Positions 36,211 to 47,885 of a stretch of DNA of 47,890 nt are shown here, piece by piece. Origin of the DNA: Nemertoderma westbladi (lineage: Eukaryota > Animalia > Xenacoelomorpha). The notes under the pieces are model-generated. The model had not been told where the DNA came from and made no database searches. It was given only the letters and a program-made list of their open reading frames with translations. The stretch covers positions 1-47,890 of the forward strand of contig JAUCBJ010007197.1 of assembly GCA_032718475.1 (NCBI GenBank). Reading direction: 5' to 3'. Position numbers and translations under genes: made by a program. Position 1 is the stretch's first letter; each line of letters starts with the position of its first letter.

Positions 36211-36977
36211 CAAGCATGCCATACTTTGTCCTTATACTCATCCAATCGGATATTTTCTGGGACATTTAAAGTTAACTGTCAAAATGTTAGTCTTCTTGTA
36301 ATAAACAAAAAGTCCAACTCTAGATGCAGTCTGTTCTAATGAGCTGAAGAGCCGCTGGGTTCCCTCGAGAGATTATGAGAGTACTCCTAAGTCATCAGCA
36401 AAGTCTAGATTAATTAGTTTTTCCTCGATTTCTAGAGCCAGTAGTTTGAGTTACCATCACCCCATCATCATTATGGTGATATAAGGACATACGCAGAACA
36501 ACAAAAAATGTCATTGAATCACCGTAACATACTGATCTGATTGCTGCAATAATTTCATCAAGAATTCCATATAATGAAAGTATGCTGAACATTTTTGATA
36601 ACACTTCAATTATCCTTCTTAGTGCCAAAATGGGCTCCATGGTCCCACGACCTTTACGGAACCCATTCTGATTTCCAAGGAGTAATCTCTAAATGGGATC
36701 CCTGATGCCATTTAATAGAATTATATTGTATAGCTTTGCAGCAATCGAAAACAATGAGATTCCCGGAAAGAACCAGAGTGTTAGGTTGCCCCTCTTGGGA
36801 ACTGGCACCATTGGCACATTTGTTTTTTTCATTTCTTGTGGGACTCTCGTCGTTGGACATGTCTATTAAGATGGGGTAAATGAACTCCAAACATTCTGGT
36901 ATTTTAAAAAAATCGGGGGGGGGGGGGGTGATGGTACCATCTATTCCACTGGCACGATTGGTCTTAATACAAGGCAA
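36210..36977 (-). mobile_element. Degenerate RTE LINE fragment
   Basis: KTNRASGIDG, EPILALRRIIE, MFSILSLYGILDEII; matches ~16300-16680. Confidence 0.8.
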
Positions 36978-37789
36978 AAGGCTAAAAATGTAGTAAAATT
37001 ATCAAATTTATAATAATTATGTGAATGGGTAATGGATAATATAAATGATAAAAATCATCAATAATGTCGTAAAGTTTCTTTACGACAATGGTGCCGGGGT
37101 CAAAAACATGATTTTTAGGTCGAAAAATTGCGAGTTATATATAACTCAACATTTAAACGAGCGAAGTGAGTTAACAAAAAATTGATATTTTGTGTGCCTT
37201 ATCTCTACTTAGATATAAGCCACATTTTGCAGAGTTAATGCTGGGGTTCTAGTTATACAGGATATATAATATATAGATAACCCAACAAATTTTACCAAGC
37301 GAAACGTGTTAATAAATATTCGAGAACATGTGAACTGTCAGAAAAGTTCTCCTCAATGTTCATCCCTCTTAGGAAAAAATAAAAAGGGCCAAAAGAATGG
37401 GCGCAATTATGAAATATTGATAATTATTATTAAATAATAAATATCATTGTGTGTGTCTGGTCAGTTTGAGTTCACTTCTACTCAGTCTTCTTACTTTGTT
37501 GCTCTTTGAACATTATACTCGTCTTTCATCAGTTATCTCACATTGTGCATCATTGAAGAAGATATTGCCCAAAGTAAGATGCACTGTTCTCTTCTTATGG
37601 AGGTCGCAAAAATATACAGAAGAGGGAAACCGTAGATCTTTAACACGGACACAGTGGCTGCTCGAATCGGCATCTCGGATCTTTGAAGAATACTTCAACA
37701 TAACTTAACCGAGCAATACAATCCCCAACAGCTTCGGTAATCTCAGGTGATGGGATCCAAAGATCTCCTCGATTACGGATATCGATATA

Positions 37790-38812
37790 GGTGCTGCAGG
37801 ATACACCAGATTTTCACAGATGACCGTCTGTGACTTTGCTGATGACTTAGGAATACTCTCAGAATCACTAGAGGGAGCCCAACGGCGTCTCAGCTCATTA
37901 GATCAGGTTGCTTCTATTGTTGGCCTCTATTGCTGGGCTCTAACTGCTGGGAATACCAAATCTCTGGATGGCACATTCACAAGAATGCTACGCTGGGTTC
38001 ATTGTGTCAAGTACAATGCACACATCTCCAACCAGACACTATATAACATTGGAGGTGTCTTATTAGACCCCCAAGCTTGACACTAGAACAAAATCGTCTC
38101 CGCTTTGCAGGACATTGATTTTGCCGTGAGGACCAGCCAGTGCATAATCTTGTACTTTGGCAGCCCCATGGAGTGAATCAGCATGGTGGACAGCCCATGA
38201 CTTTCTTGAGACGCATCTTAAAGGACACTGACCTTGAAGATGCGGATGATCTAGCAAATGTCATGGGTGATAGGGAGTTGTGGCGGCGCAATTTTATCGA
38301 CAAGCCGGCACAGCATTCTTAAAAATGCAGCTGCAATGTAGCATGCCGATCCTAGTAGTACTGGTAGTAGGGGCGGGCCAGGTCATTAGTGATGTCATGT
38401 TTGGATGTTGGCCAGTTGGTAATGGTGGTGATGAGGGCATGGTATATTGGGTCACATATTGGGCCCTATTCTGCAGATTTCCTCTAAGCGGGCGTCCTGG
38501 GAGTCGAGGGATGGAATTGCGGCAATGTCAGTGTTTCTAATGTATTCGCGGTCCACTTCATCTTCCTGGGTGAGTATAATGTCGTCAGTGGCTGGGGAGT
38601 GGAGGGGGGCCCTGTAGAAGGCGTCTGTGATAAGGTGTTTGGCACGTTTTTAGTGCCTGGCTGTAAACAAACTTCTTCAACCCCTTCAATCTTTCAATGA
38701 CGGTGAATACACTGCCAGTGGATGGGATACGTGAGACCACGTGAAAGGGAGATGGGGAGAAGTAGGTTGGGCGGATGGTGTGTAGGTTAAATTCCCTGAG
38801 ATCAACAGTAAT
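37790..38812 (+). mobile_element. RTE fragment plus Gypsy fragment; 37931-38812 duplicates 30075-30957
   Basis: VCDFADDLGILS RT motif, then a near-identical copy of 30075-30957 including the RTE-tail/Gypsy junction. Confidence 0.85.
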
Positions 38813-38825
38813 TTCATGTAACATA

Positions 38826-38938
38826 TCATGGGTGATAGGGAGTTGTGGCGGTGCAATTTTGTCGATAAGCCGGCATAGCATTCTTAAAAATGCAGCAGCA
38901 ACGCAGCATGCCGATCCTAGTAGTAGTAGTAGTAGTAG
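38826..38938 (+). mobile_element. Short RTE 3' end with (TAG)n tail
   Basis: tcatgggtgatagg...gccgatcctagtagtagtagtagtag. Confidence 0.8.
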
Positions 38939-39021
38939 AGTTCTTTTTGCTTTCATTTCTTTAGTCTTCCAATCATGTTTAAAAGCCAATGACTAACAAT
39001 TACTAACTTATCGGATACATA

Positions 39022-40745
39022 TTACATGCTGCTTGATGATCTACCACCCATTTTACTTCTCTGATCGATTTCACAGAACAGATGTTCACATGCCAGATTA
39101 TGGATGGGCATTTTATTCAATTTATCGATGGATGGGACTTGAGATCTTACAGGATATGGATGAGCTGCCTGATTGTAACCAAATTCAAATAACCCACCTC
39201 TCTGGCGAGAAAGCACTACTGCACATTCATGAATAAGCATATTTAGAATTTCAATGCACAAATCATTCTTACCTGGAGATGCAAGTTCCTTCTCCATGGC
39301 ATCAAGCCATTTTTGTGGATATGTCGGTTTCAAATGATTGAACACAGTGAATATTTGTTCTTTAACATTTACATTAACTGTGTTAATGGATTTCATTTCC
39401 TGATATAACTGTGGCAGAAGTTCTAGAAGAGACGAATAAGTTGTCTTTTTGGACATTATTGTCAAAATATATGGTTCATGAAGGAAAAGGTTCATGAAGG
39501 AAAACACCAAGAATCGCGATGGGTAAAAGAAGCAATTGTATGACATCATTATTTAAGTAGCCATAAACTACACAGACTAACTGGTTTCTTACATCATTTA
39601 CCTCATTAATAGTATTAGTAGTCAGGAAAGTGATATATAATAACACTTGCACAAGCCGGAAGCTTTTCAAACCGCCTATCTTTTAGAGCAAATTCATGAT
39701 AGTCTTTCCTTGCCCTTCCAACCAACTGGTGAACTTAAAATATCTTGACCAGGATTTGTGGGAGTATTCAGGACTAAATAGGCGTAAAATAGCACCAATT
39801 GCTTGAACTACTGCAGGTAAGCTACCTTCATGGCTATCAATTGAGGATATGTCAGCTAGGAGCTTATCATGACCTATTTTTAATTCAATAAGACGCATTA
39901 CTTTCTTAATTCCTTCATCAAACCCAAGTACAGTAAGTATCGTACAAAACAGAACTCCTGGTGAATATTCTATACCTAGCTCTCTAGAAACTTCTGCAGC
40001 AACCTGATGATTTGATGAAGCTAAATCTGTCATAGTAGCATCAACATTGGTCCTGAGCTCAGTTGGGGATGGACTATCATCAGCTAGGCAGCAAAGTCGC
40101 TCAAGTTGGTATAGTAACAGCTTGCAAATATTTTGAGTAGACTCAGAAGCTATAGATATATATGGTAACACCCTCAGTTTCTCATCTATTGTTAAAGGAG
40201 CAGTTATTATCTTTCCTAATCGTTTCCGTTATGTTCCATCTATATGCTTGACAATAACATCACCTTTTTCGAGAGCACTTCCAATTTCCTTCTCTGTTTG
40301 TAAGGCAATAAGTGATAGGCAATAAATGATCGATCTTCACGAAGGTTGTGCTTTGATGGCAGACGATCCGAATCATATACTCTCTTCCGCCTAGTGTCAG
40401 TAATCTCCTCCCTTTCATCATGCTCAAGTTCAGTTGGTAACTTAAATGTTTGATCAAATAAGTCATTAGCAATAATTTGCAATGCCTGAAGGGCTTGCTT
40501 TGGGCTAAGATCTGCAACAGCCATTAATTTCACTAAGACGTTACTAATGTTAGTAATATCCTTTGATTTAATTTTTATCTCTAAATTTATATCCTTTGAT
40601 GTTTCATACCGTTCTCTAGTTGGATTGCATCTAACATTTAGTCTAGGTATCCCATATGCTTGTTTTAAATCTTCAAAGTCTTTTTGAGTACTTATAGTTT
40701 CATAAGTAATTTTCGAATGTTCAATATCATGTTTAGGAATTCTCT
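39022..40745 (-). pseudogene. Degenerate DDE transposase, catalytic part (hAT-like, possibly hATm)
   Basis: Broken frames with ATMTDLASSN, a degenerate CxxH position (LFCTIL) and MPIHNLACEHLF; continues in frame across the LINE with 42797-43288. Confidence 0.6.
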
Positions 40746-42796
40746 TTTAGGAATTTATTTAATAATTATTTTACTAATGTTGCCTCTAATTTAGTTAAGA
40801 AGTTACCGTTATCAAGTAATAAATATAGTATAGGGTCCGAAACTCTAAATAATTTTTATTTAGAAAAGTTACAAAATTCAGAAAAGTTATTTTTAAAACC
40901 CGTTTCTGAGGATTTCGTTTTTAAAAATCTACTTAGCCTATCAGCCTCAAAAAGTACCGGTCTAGATCTAATACCTGCCCGTTTTCTTAAGGATGGTGCT
41001 GAAGTACTTAAAGTGCCTATTACTTTTATTATTAATTACTCTATCGTAGATAATGTAGTACCAGACGAACTGAAATTAGCTAAGGTTGTTCCTCTGTATA
41101 AAAAGAATAGTAAAGTAGAACCCTGTAATTACAGACCTGTTAGTATCTTAAGTATTGTATCTAAAATTCTAGAACGTTCTGTTTTTCTACAGCTGGAGGC
41201 ACATCTTAGTAGGCTAAATCTGATCTATGAACTTCAGTCCGGTTTTCGTAAATCATATTCTACAGACACCTGCCTTATTAACTTAACTGATACAATTAGA
41301 TGTAATAACGCAAAGGGTTTATGTACTGGTATGGTAATGTTGGACCTACAAAAGGCTTTCGATACTGTAGATCACGAAATTCTGCTTGGTAAGTTAGGCC
41401 TGATGGGTGTAGGTTCTATAGACTGGTTCAAGTCCTACCTGTCAGACAGAGGTCAAACTGTAGTCATTAGCAAATCGCTGTCTACTGTACAAGAGATTAC
41501 CTGTGGTGTACCGCAAGGTAGTATATTAGGTCCTCTGCTTTTTGTATGCTATGTAAATGATATGATAAGTAGTATAGATCCCGATTTTAAACTCATTTTA
41601 TATGCCGACGACAGTGCTCTTATTTTCTCTCATAAAGATCCTATCCATATTTCCCAAAAGTTAAGTGCAGTTCTAGAATCCTGTAATGAGTGGTTGGTTG
41701 ATAATAAGCTATCCATTCACTACGGTAAAACTGAAAGTATTTTGTTTGGTTCCAAAAGAAAGTTAAAGAAGGTAACTAAGTTTGAAGTCACTAGTAATGG
41801 ACATAAGATTGAAAATAAACAGGAAGTTAAATATTTAGGCGCCACATTGGATAACTGCTTATCAGGAGAAAGACAGTGAAAAATATTTTCTCGAAAGTTA
41901 ACAGTAGGCTTAGGTTTCTATACAGAAATAAAAATAGTTTGAACACCGACTCCCGCAAGTTACTTTGCTCTTCTTTAATACAGTGTCACATGGACTATGC
42001 ATGCTCTTCTTGGTATGAAGGCTTAACCAAACAGCTTAAATGTAAATTACAAGTAGCTCAGAATAAAGTAGTACGATTTATTAAAGACTACAAACATAGG
42101 CACCACCTAACTCCAGATGACTTTTCTGAATCTGGACTACTTAACTTAGATAGTAGAGTTAAGCAGCTACGCCTTAACCATGTGCATAAAGTGTATAATG
42201 GTAAATGTCCCAATTACCTAAAACAAAAATTCAACAGAGTACGCGATACACACTCTTACAGTACCAGAGCTAGTGCTTCAAACTTCTACCTCCCGAATTG
42301 TAAATCCTTTGAATCTGATACTTTCTTTTTTAACGGCATAAAAAATTGGAACGCTCTGCCTAATGAAATTAAAAACCTAGATAATCAACATTCTTTTAAA
42401 TCTGCAGTTAAATCTCATCTCCGTGTGCAATGTAAAAATAGGTACAATAGTCCTACAGTAAGTTATTAGTTTATTAATTATTTACTATTTATACTGTAAT
42501 TACGTTTTATATTAAATTGTTCTGTACATTACATCTTTATCGGTGAGTCGGACATTGTCACGCTCTCGGTAAAGTTGTACATGTACATAGTGTAATTACG
42601 TTGTATATTGGTTTTAGGTTAGCGTAGTGTAATATTGTATTTGTAACCAAGTAACATAAAGGACCCCCTTGGAAATAAGCTGCAAAGCTTTAGGGGTAAT
42701 CCTATATGTTATGTTGGACAATACCTTTATACCGGTACATTGTTTGGTGTATTTGTTATTGTTTTTACATAATGTATAAATAAATCTATCTATCTA
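40746..42796 (+). mobile_element. 5'-truncated CR1/L2-group LINE (ORF2 RT, one frameshift)
   Basis: NYRPVSILS, LDLQKAFDTVDH, GVPQGSILGPLLF, YADDS, KYLG; frameshift at ~41875; 3' UTR ends aataaa(tcta)n; tctct duplicated at 40741-40745 and 42797-42801. Confidence 0.93.
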
Positions 42797-43288
42797 TCTC
42801 TGTTTTTGTGTTCTAGTAATTGGAGTTGTAGAATATTTACTAGACTTAATAGATGTAAAGTAATCAATATTTGAATCATCAACATCAGATGACATAGACT
42901 CATCTTCAGCATCATAGCTAACAGATTGGCTGGATGTTGACTGAAGGGCTATGTAGGTTTTTCTTTTTTTGGAAATTTTTTCAGCAGATTCCAAAACTGC
43001 AGTATACTGAGGATTAATAGTTGTTTCCCTTCTAAGAGATCTTACTGTACTTTGGTCATTAGAAAATTCGTTATCGAATTCTTTTCGATACCTGGGTGGA
43101 GTTACAACATCAAAAAGGTCTTTCTCAAGCTTTCTAACTTCTGACTTTTTGTGGTCACCCAAGAGCCGTTCTTTTTTTCTAATTATGTCACTCAACATTT
43201 GCTTTATAAGTTTAAGATCTCTAGGACAACACTTACAGGCCAGCCATATTTTATATACCTGTGTTGCAGTTTTTGATATAGCATCCTG
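42797..43288 (-). pseudogene. N-terminal part of the same transposase
   Basis: VYKIWLACKCCP...EFSNDQSTVR...TRTQKQR joins in frame to IPKHDIEH once the LINE is removed; cut on the right by the element C LTR. Confidence 0.6.
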
Positions 43289-43828
43289 TGTGACGGGATC
43301 CAGGAGGGATCCCGATTTATCCGATGTGGTAATTTAGTCCACGCGTCCCCGCCGTGTATAAGGGTGAAATAAAGTAACTGAGTTCTGAAGTTCGGTGTAT
43401 AATAATAATAGGGCATAGGATATAGATATAGATATAATGTGTACAAGGCGGGATACGGTAACTAAAGTCCCGTGATCCCCTAACTAAACTAATTGACTCT
43501 ACCCTACGCTAGCACTGCTGCACTGAGATAACTGAATCACTGATTAATAGGTTATTGGTTATATTGCACGGTGGCCTTACTGCTACTCAATCGATGCCAT
43601 TCCCCCCTCTGATTGGTTAATACCCTTGTTGGCGCCCCGTGGAGTATTCCCGTTCACTCCACCTATTTCCTCTGGGTTAGGGGTTTGGCCCCTGACCCTC
43701 TATTGTGTGCTTCCTTCCCACTCTTATTGGGATGGCACGAGTTGGTTAATTGCCCAATCTCGTGGCTCCCAATATTGCTTATCGGCTTACAACTTTATGG
43801 GGTGTTGGTGGGATTGAATAAGCTAACA
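43289..43828 (-). repeat. 3' LTR of element C (540 bp)
   Basis: Bounded by tgtgacggg and gctaaca; homologous to 24825-25400. Confidence 0.88.
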
Positions 43829-43837
43829 CTCCCCCCC
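43829..43837 (-). promoter_or_regulatory. Polypurine tract of element C
   Basis: Minus strand gggggggag directly before tgttagc. Confidence 0.8.
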
Positions 43838-44539
43838 ATGCTATCTTCCCGGTAAGAAGATAGCATCAACCAAAAAAGTGCGTTACAATCCCGCTGGATC
43901 CCGATCTAGTATCGGGTGTGGGGTGGAATTCTTTTCTCTAGGAGCCGGCTTTCCAGGCCGCCCCCTATGGGTATGATAACGCTACCCTGTGTGCCTGGCG
44001 TCTCATGTCGGGCCGATCGCGCTCACCTCTTCACACGACCTTTGTTTCCCCAACACTTTCGCCCTATCTCACCTTCACTCTCACCCTAGCTCTCTCACAT
44101 TCGGACCTCCCCGTCCCTTACTCAGCCTCTTATTCTCCCCTCCCACACTCTAGAATCGCGTCCGCACTCTCTTTGCACTCCACTCTATCACTCCGTCCCT
44201 CAACCTCACTTCGACTGTTTTATCTCTCCTGACGAACCTCCCCCCCCCCTCTCGTGCCGTCGCACTCGAGAAGTATGAAATTGTCAGTTGTCTCGTCCAT
44301 AGTGCCATAGTCAGTTATTCCCCCCAGTCCCACTAGCTAGTTGAGAAAGGTTGTATGACTATAGTACTTACTCCAAACGTATGTATTTTACTGCTAATCA
44401 CTACGTACGTACATACAAATTGCACTTATATGATTATTTGCATTAATTAAATTTATACTTAATAGTTCGTACGTTACATGCGGCGCCTTCCAGGCGCACC
44501 ACGTCCCAGTCTCAGTCTCATTCCCTCGTCTCCGGGAAC

Positions 44540-47071
44540 TTATCTGTACCTCCTCACGTCCTCTTCCCTGGCCCGTTTCTTGGTTATCACCGCTCCTCTG
44601 GCATCATCCGCTTTCTGCTTCCGGACCTTCGCTGCCACTTCCTTGCTAATCCCGGTCGTCGGCTCCTTGGGCGCTGGTGTTATTAATGCCCGATACCGCT
44701 TCGCCGGTGGCCCCTCAGAATGGCCTGGTTGTCTCCCTCGTGTGGCGTCCCATAGGATCATTTTCATTGCCTTTGGTACGTGTTCCGCCAAGAAATCCCT
44801 AAACTCCCTCCGGTTCTCTGGTGTCCACCTATCCAGGTACCGTTGCGTGTTCATAACTCCGGCGAACGATGCCGCCGTTGCTACCTCTTGATAGGTAAAC
44901 GGTAACCTTCGCTTTATGATTTCCATGTGGGTCTCCTGGTTTATGAGGAAGAAACCCCACTTGAACTCTTGGGCCTTCATGCGCTGGCGCGTCATGGCCC
45001 CGACGTCGGCCCACTCCTCGAACCTCGTGAACTTCTCCTCGTCGCTCATCCAGTCGCACTCGCGTCCGTAGTGCCCCCGAAAGTGGCACTTTGGACATCG
45101 GTTATGCAACCGTGGACACGCCCCCATCCTGTGACTTGGTTCTCTACAGTAGAGACAAAAGGTTCCCCGTTGGAACCGGTATAGGCAGCTGCTTTCCTGA
45201 TGGGTCTGTCTCCCACAGTAGTCGCAGCCGAGTAACAATGTCTTCCGTCCCACCTCGTCCTTCGTCCCAAGCGATCTCCGCGGTCTATGGAGTCGCTGGT
45301 AGGCGAACTTCTCTACGTTGCTCTCCCTGTTTACGTCGATCTCTCCGCCCCTCTCGGGCATCGTCTCCCCGAATACTATCCGTGGTGCCGTCCCCGGTTG
45401 CTCGCCCAACCTGATGGTGCTCCCCGCGAAATCCATCGCCGGCTCCTCGTGCACCCAGGTCCGCTTGCCGGATCTGTTCCAGAAGGCCCTCGCCCCACTG
45501 GCCGTCACCACCCTTCCGCCAACCCAGTCTGTGTCCGAGTGGCCTATCCTTTCGATGGGCGGCATCTCTCCGAACTCGTCGTCGTCGTCCTCCTCTGGTA
45601 GTGTCTCCAATCCCGGTATCCCGATGGATCCACTATGTCCCTTCCCGCCTTGGCTCTCGCCCGTAGCTCTCCATCCCTCTAGCTCCCTTAACTTCCTTGG
45701 CGGTTGGTCGCCCTCGGCGCCCGCTGGTATGGGCATCGTTTGCAACCCCGACGTCGACTGTTTCGGCGATCCCACCGTCCATCCCAATTCTCGTCCTAGA
45801 GACTCCCCCAAACTCCCTGACGAAGTCCAATGAAGCTCGTCTAGACCCACCTGTTCCTCGAAGCCATAACTCTGTGTCCTGGCCTCCTCTTCCCTCTCCT
45901 CTGCTTCTATCCTCTCCCGTCTAGCGACTTCTTCCAGTCGCTTTGCTTCCCGTCTATCCATCTCTAGCTGCTCCCATCTCTGATACAGTGTATCTGTCTC
46001 CCCGTCTACCAGATGTCGGCTGTTGTAGTACACCGACTCGCCCTTCAGCCCCGGGTGGTCTACCAGACCGTCAAAGGCCGTCTTAAAGGCTCTCCTGTAG
46101 CTTAGGGGTGATCCCGATAACAGAAATGCCCCTGGTTCCCTTTCGATAACTGCGGTCATGAATAAGTTAAGCAAACTTATCATCATCCAGTCCTCCTGCA
46201 GGATATATCGCTTCTGATATACCTTTATCGCTCCTCTGCGAAACTGATATACCTCCTGCTTTCCCGGTCTCGCTCCCCACTTCAGCGAGTTCGCTAGTTC
46301 TGCTCCGTATTCTTCCCTAAACTTCCCCCAATCCATCGGTTTGTGGCATACGAGCCCCAATAATTGGCCCATCGCCACCGCCCCGCATTGGCCTGTGTTC
46401 TCGACCACCCCCAATCCATCCGGTGCCGTCATAGCCATAAAGACTTTCTGCATATCCAGGAGGTTGGTGGCGTCTGGACCGATGATCCTCTCCGCGTCCT
46501 CGCGAATCGCCGATCCCACTTTCGTCGTCGACTTCTCTCTTACTAAGACTTGTACCGCTTTCGGCAGTCGGTCTAATTTCGGCCCGTCCTTCTTCCCATA
46601 CGTCCCTAGGTCGAATAAGAAGATGTCCCCATTCGGCGCGGCCAAATGTAGGAGTATGGTCCTGGCCGACCCTGCCGTTCCTCGTCTTGAACCCGCTTCG
46701 TCCTCCACGGTTCCCTCGTCATCTAGGATCATATATCCTCCTCTGTTGACGGACTCTATGAATCTTTTCCAGTCCTTCCTCGGCGATTCCCTCGGATACT
46801 TCGGAATCCCGAACTTCGCTTCGTCCCCTTTCACCACGTAGTGGAAGTGTTGGAAGATCGCGTTGTCTAGCGACGGGGTCCCGTAGGTCCCGACCAACCG
46901 CTGTTCGTGCGCCTCTCGGAAGTGATCCTGCAGCGCTCGCGCCGCGTGACCCCTTTCCAACCTCTCGTAGTATCCTCTCGTCTTCTCTTCCGGGTGTCTT
47001 TCGGTGAAATCCACCAATATTTCTTTTCCTCCTGACTCCGCCTTTCTCTTCCTGATCAGCTTACTCGCCAT
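44540..47071 (-). CDS. DEDDy-like 3'-5' exonuclease domain plus triple CCHC zinc-knuckle protein (accessory ORF of element C)
   Basis: Uninterrupted ~843-aa ORF from the first ATG at 47071. MILDDEG (ExoI), LLHLAAPNGDIFLFDL, LPKAVQVLV...TKVGSAIRED (ExoII), LLDMQ, QKRYILQED (ExoIII-like); knuckles CDYCGRQTHQESSC, CLYCREPSHRMGAC, CPKCHFRGHYGREC at ~45056-45226. Confidence 0.75.
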   Translation of the reverse strand: MASKLIRKRKAESGGKEILVDFTERHPEEKTRGYYERLERGHAARALQDHFREAHEQRLVGTYGTPSLDNAIFQHFHYVVKGDEAKFGIPKYPRESPRKDWKRFIESVNRGGYMILDDEGTVEDEAGSRRGTAGSARTILLHLAAPNGDIFLFDLGTYGKKDGPKLDRLPKAVQVLVREKSTTKVGSAIREDAERIIGPDATNLLDMQKVFMAMTAPDGLGVVENTGQCGAVAMGQLLGLVCHKPMDWGKFREEYGAELANSLKWGARPGKQEVYQFRRGAIKVYQKRYILQEDWMMISLLNLFMTAVIEREPGAFLLSGSPLSYRRAFKTAFDGLVDHPGLKGESVYYNSRHLVDGETDTLYQRWEQLEMDRREAKRLEEVARRERIEAEEREEEARTQSYGFEEQVGLDELHWTSSGSLGESLGRELGWTVGSPKQSTSGLQTMPIPAGAEGDQPPRKLRELEGWRATGESQGGKGHSGSIGIPGLETLPEEDDDDEFGEMPPIERIGHSDTDWVGGRVVTASGARAFWNRSGKRTWVHEEPAMDFAGSTIRLGEQPGTAPRIVFGETMPERGGEIDVNRESNVEKFAYQRLHRPRRSLGTKDEVGRKTLLLGCDYCGRQTHQESSCLYRFQRGTFCLYCREPSHRMGACPRLHNRCPKCHFRGHYGRECDWMSDEEKFTRFEEWADVGAMTRQRMKAQEFKWGFFLINQETHMEIIKRRLPFTYQEVATAASFAGVMNTQRYLDRWTPENRREFRDFLAEHVPKAMKMILWDATRGRQPGHSEGPPAKRYRALITPAPKEPTTGISKEVAAKVRKQKADDARGAVITKKRAREEDVRRYR

Positions 47072-47569
47072 TCCGAACACTACACTCGCTCACCTGTAGG
47101 GTGGTGCCTTACCAAGGCGCAATACAGATGAGTGAAGTATTTAGGATGTTTCGTACAGTTCGATAATGGCCTACTTTCTACTTAATTGCGCCTTTCAAGC
47201 TAAGTTTTACCTAATTAATTTCGGAGCTAGTAAATCAGCCTAATTTACAATTTCTGTCCGTTACTTTTATTATATTCTAGAACGACTTCGCTTGTGTTGC
47301 CACTATTTTCTAACTTTCAGCCCTATTCTATTTATTTGTTTATTTTTACTTTGATTCTACTGTCCTACTACTTATTACTGCCTATGGATTTATTCTATTC
47401 TCTCTCTGATCCATATTCTGGCCTACTCAGTGGGCCTATGCAGTACAGCAGTATGCGTCGTGTGGCCACACGATTTATCCAGCTGCACGCATATGCCCCC
47501 CTCTCGCTACTAACTCTACTTACTGCTAATTAATATCTATATCCTATTTACCCCCTTTTACCTCTTACT

Positions 47570-47885
47570 CCCTCTCTTCTAACTAATGGTACTACGTACC
47601 CTCTAACTCTAACTAACGGTACTACGTACCTACTAACTCTAACTCTAACTAGGTACTACGTACCTACTAACTCTAGCTAACTATTGGTACTACGTACCCT
47701 CTAACTCTCTAACTATCGGTACTACGTACCCTCTAACTCTGACTCTAACTAGGTACTACGTACCTACTAACTCTCTAACTATCGGTACTACGTACCTACT
47801 AACTCTAACTCTAACTAGGTACTACGTACCTACTAACTCTCTTACTATCGGTACTACGTACCCTCTAACTCTAACTCTAACTCTA
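47570..47885. repeat. Minisatellite (~28-37-bp units, ~9 copies) with core ggtactacgtacc
   Basis: ggtactacgtacc separated by variable numbers of ctaact units. Confidence 0.92.

Noticed and set aside
44540-47071. Reading the ORF as gag (because of the CCHC knuckles) or as env
   Set aside because: It lacks the BEL/Pao gag core seen in elements A and B, is not followed by protease/pol, sits next to the PPT, and shows no obvious signal peptide or transmembrane anchor.
47570-47885. Palindromic repeat with variable intervening sequence (CRISPR-like)
   Set aside because: The intervening sequences are just variable numbers of ctaact units; it is a minisatellite.
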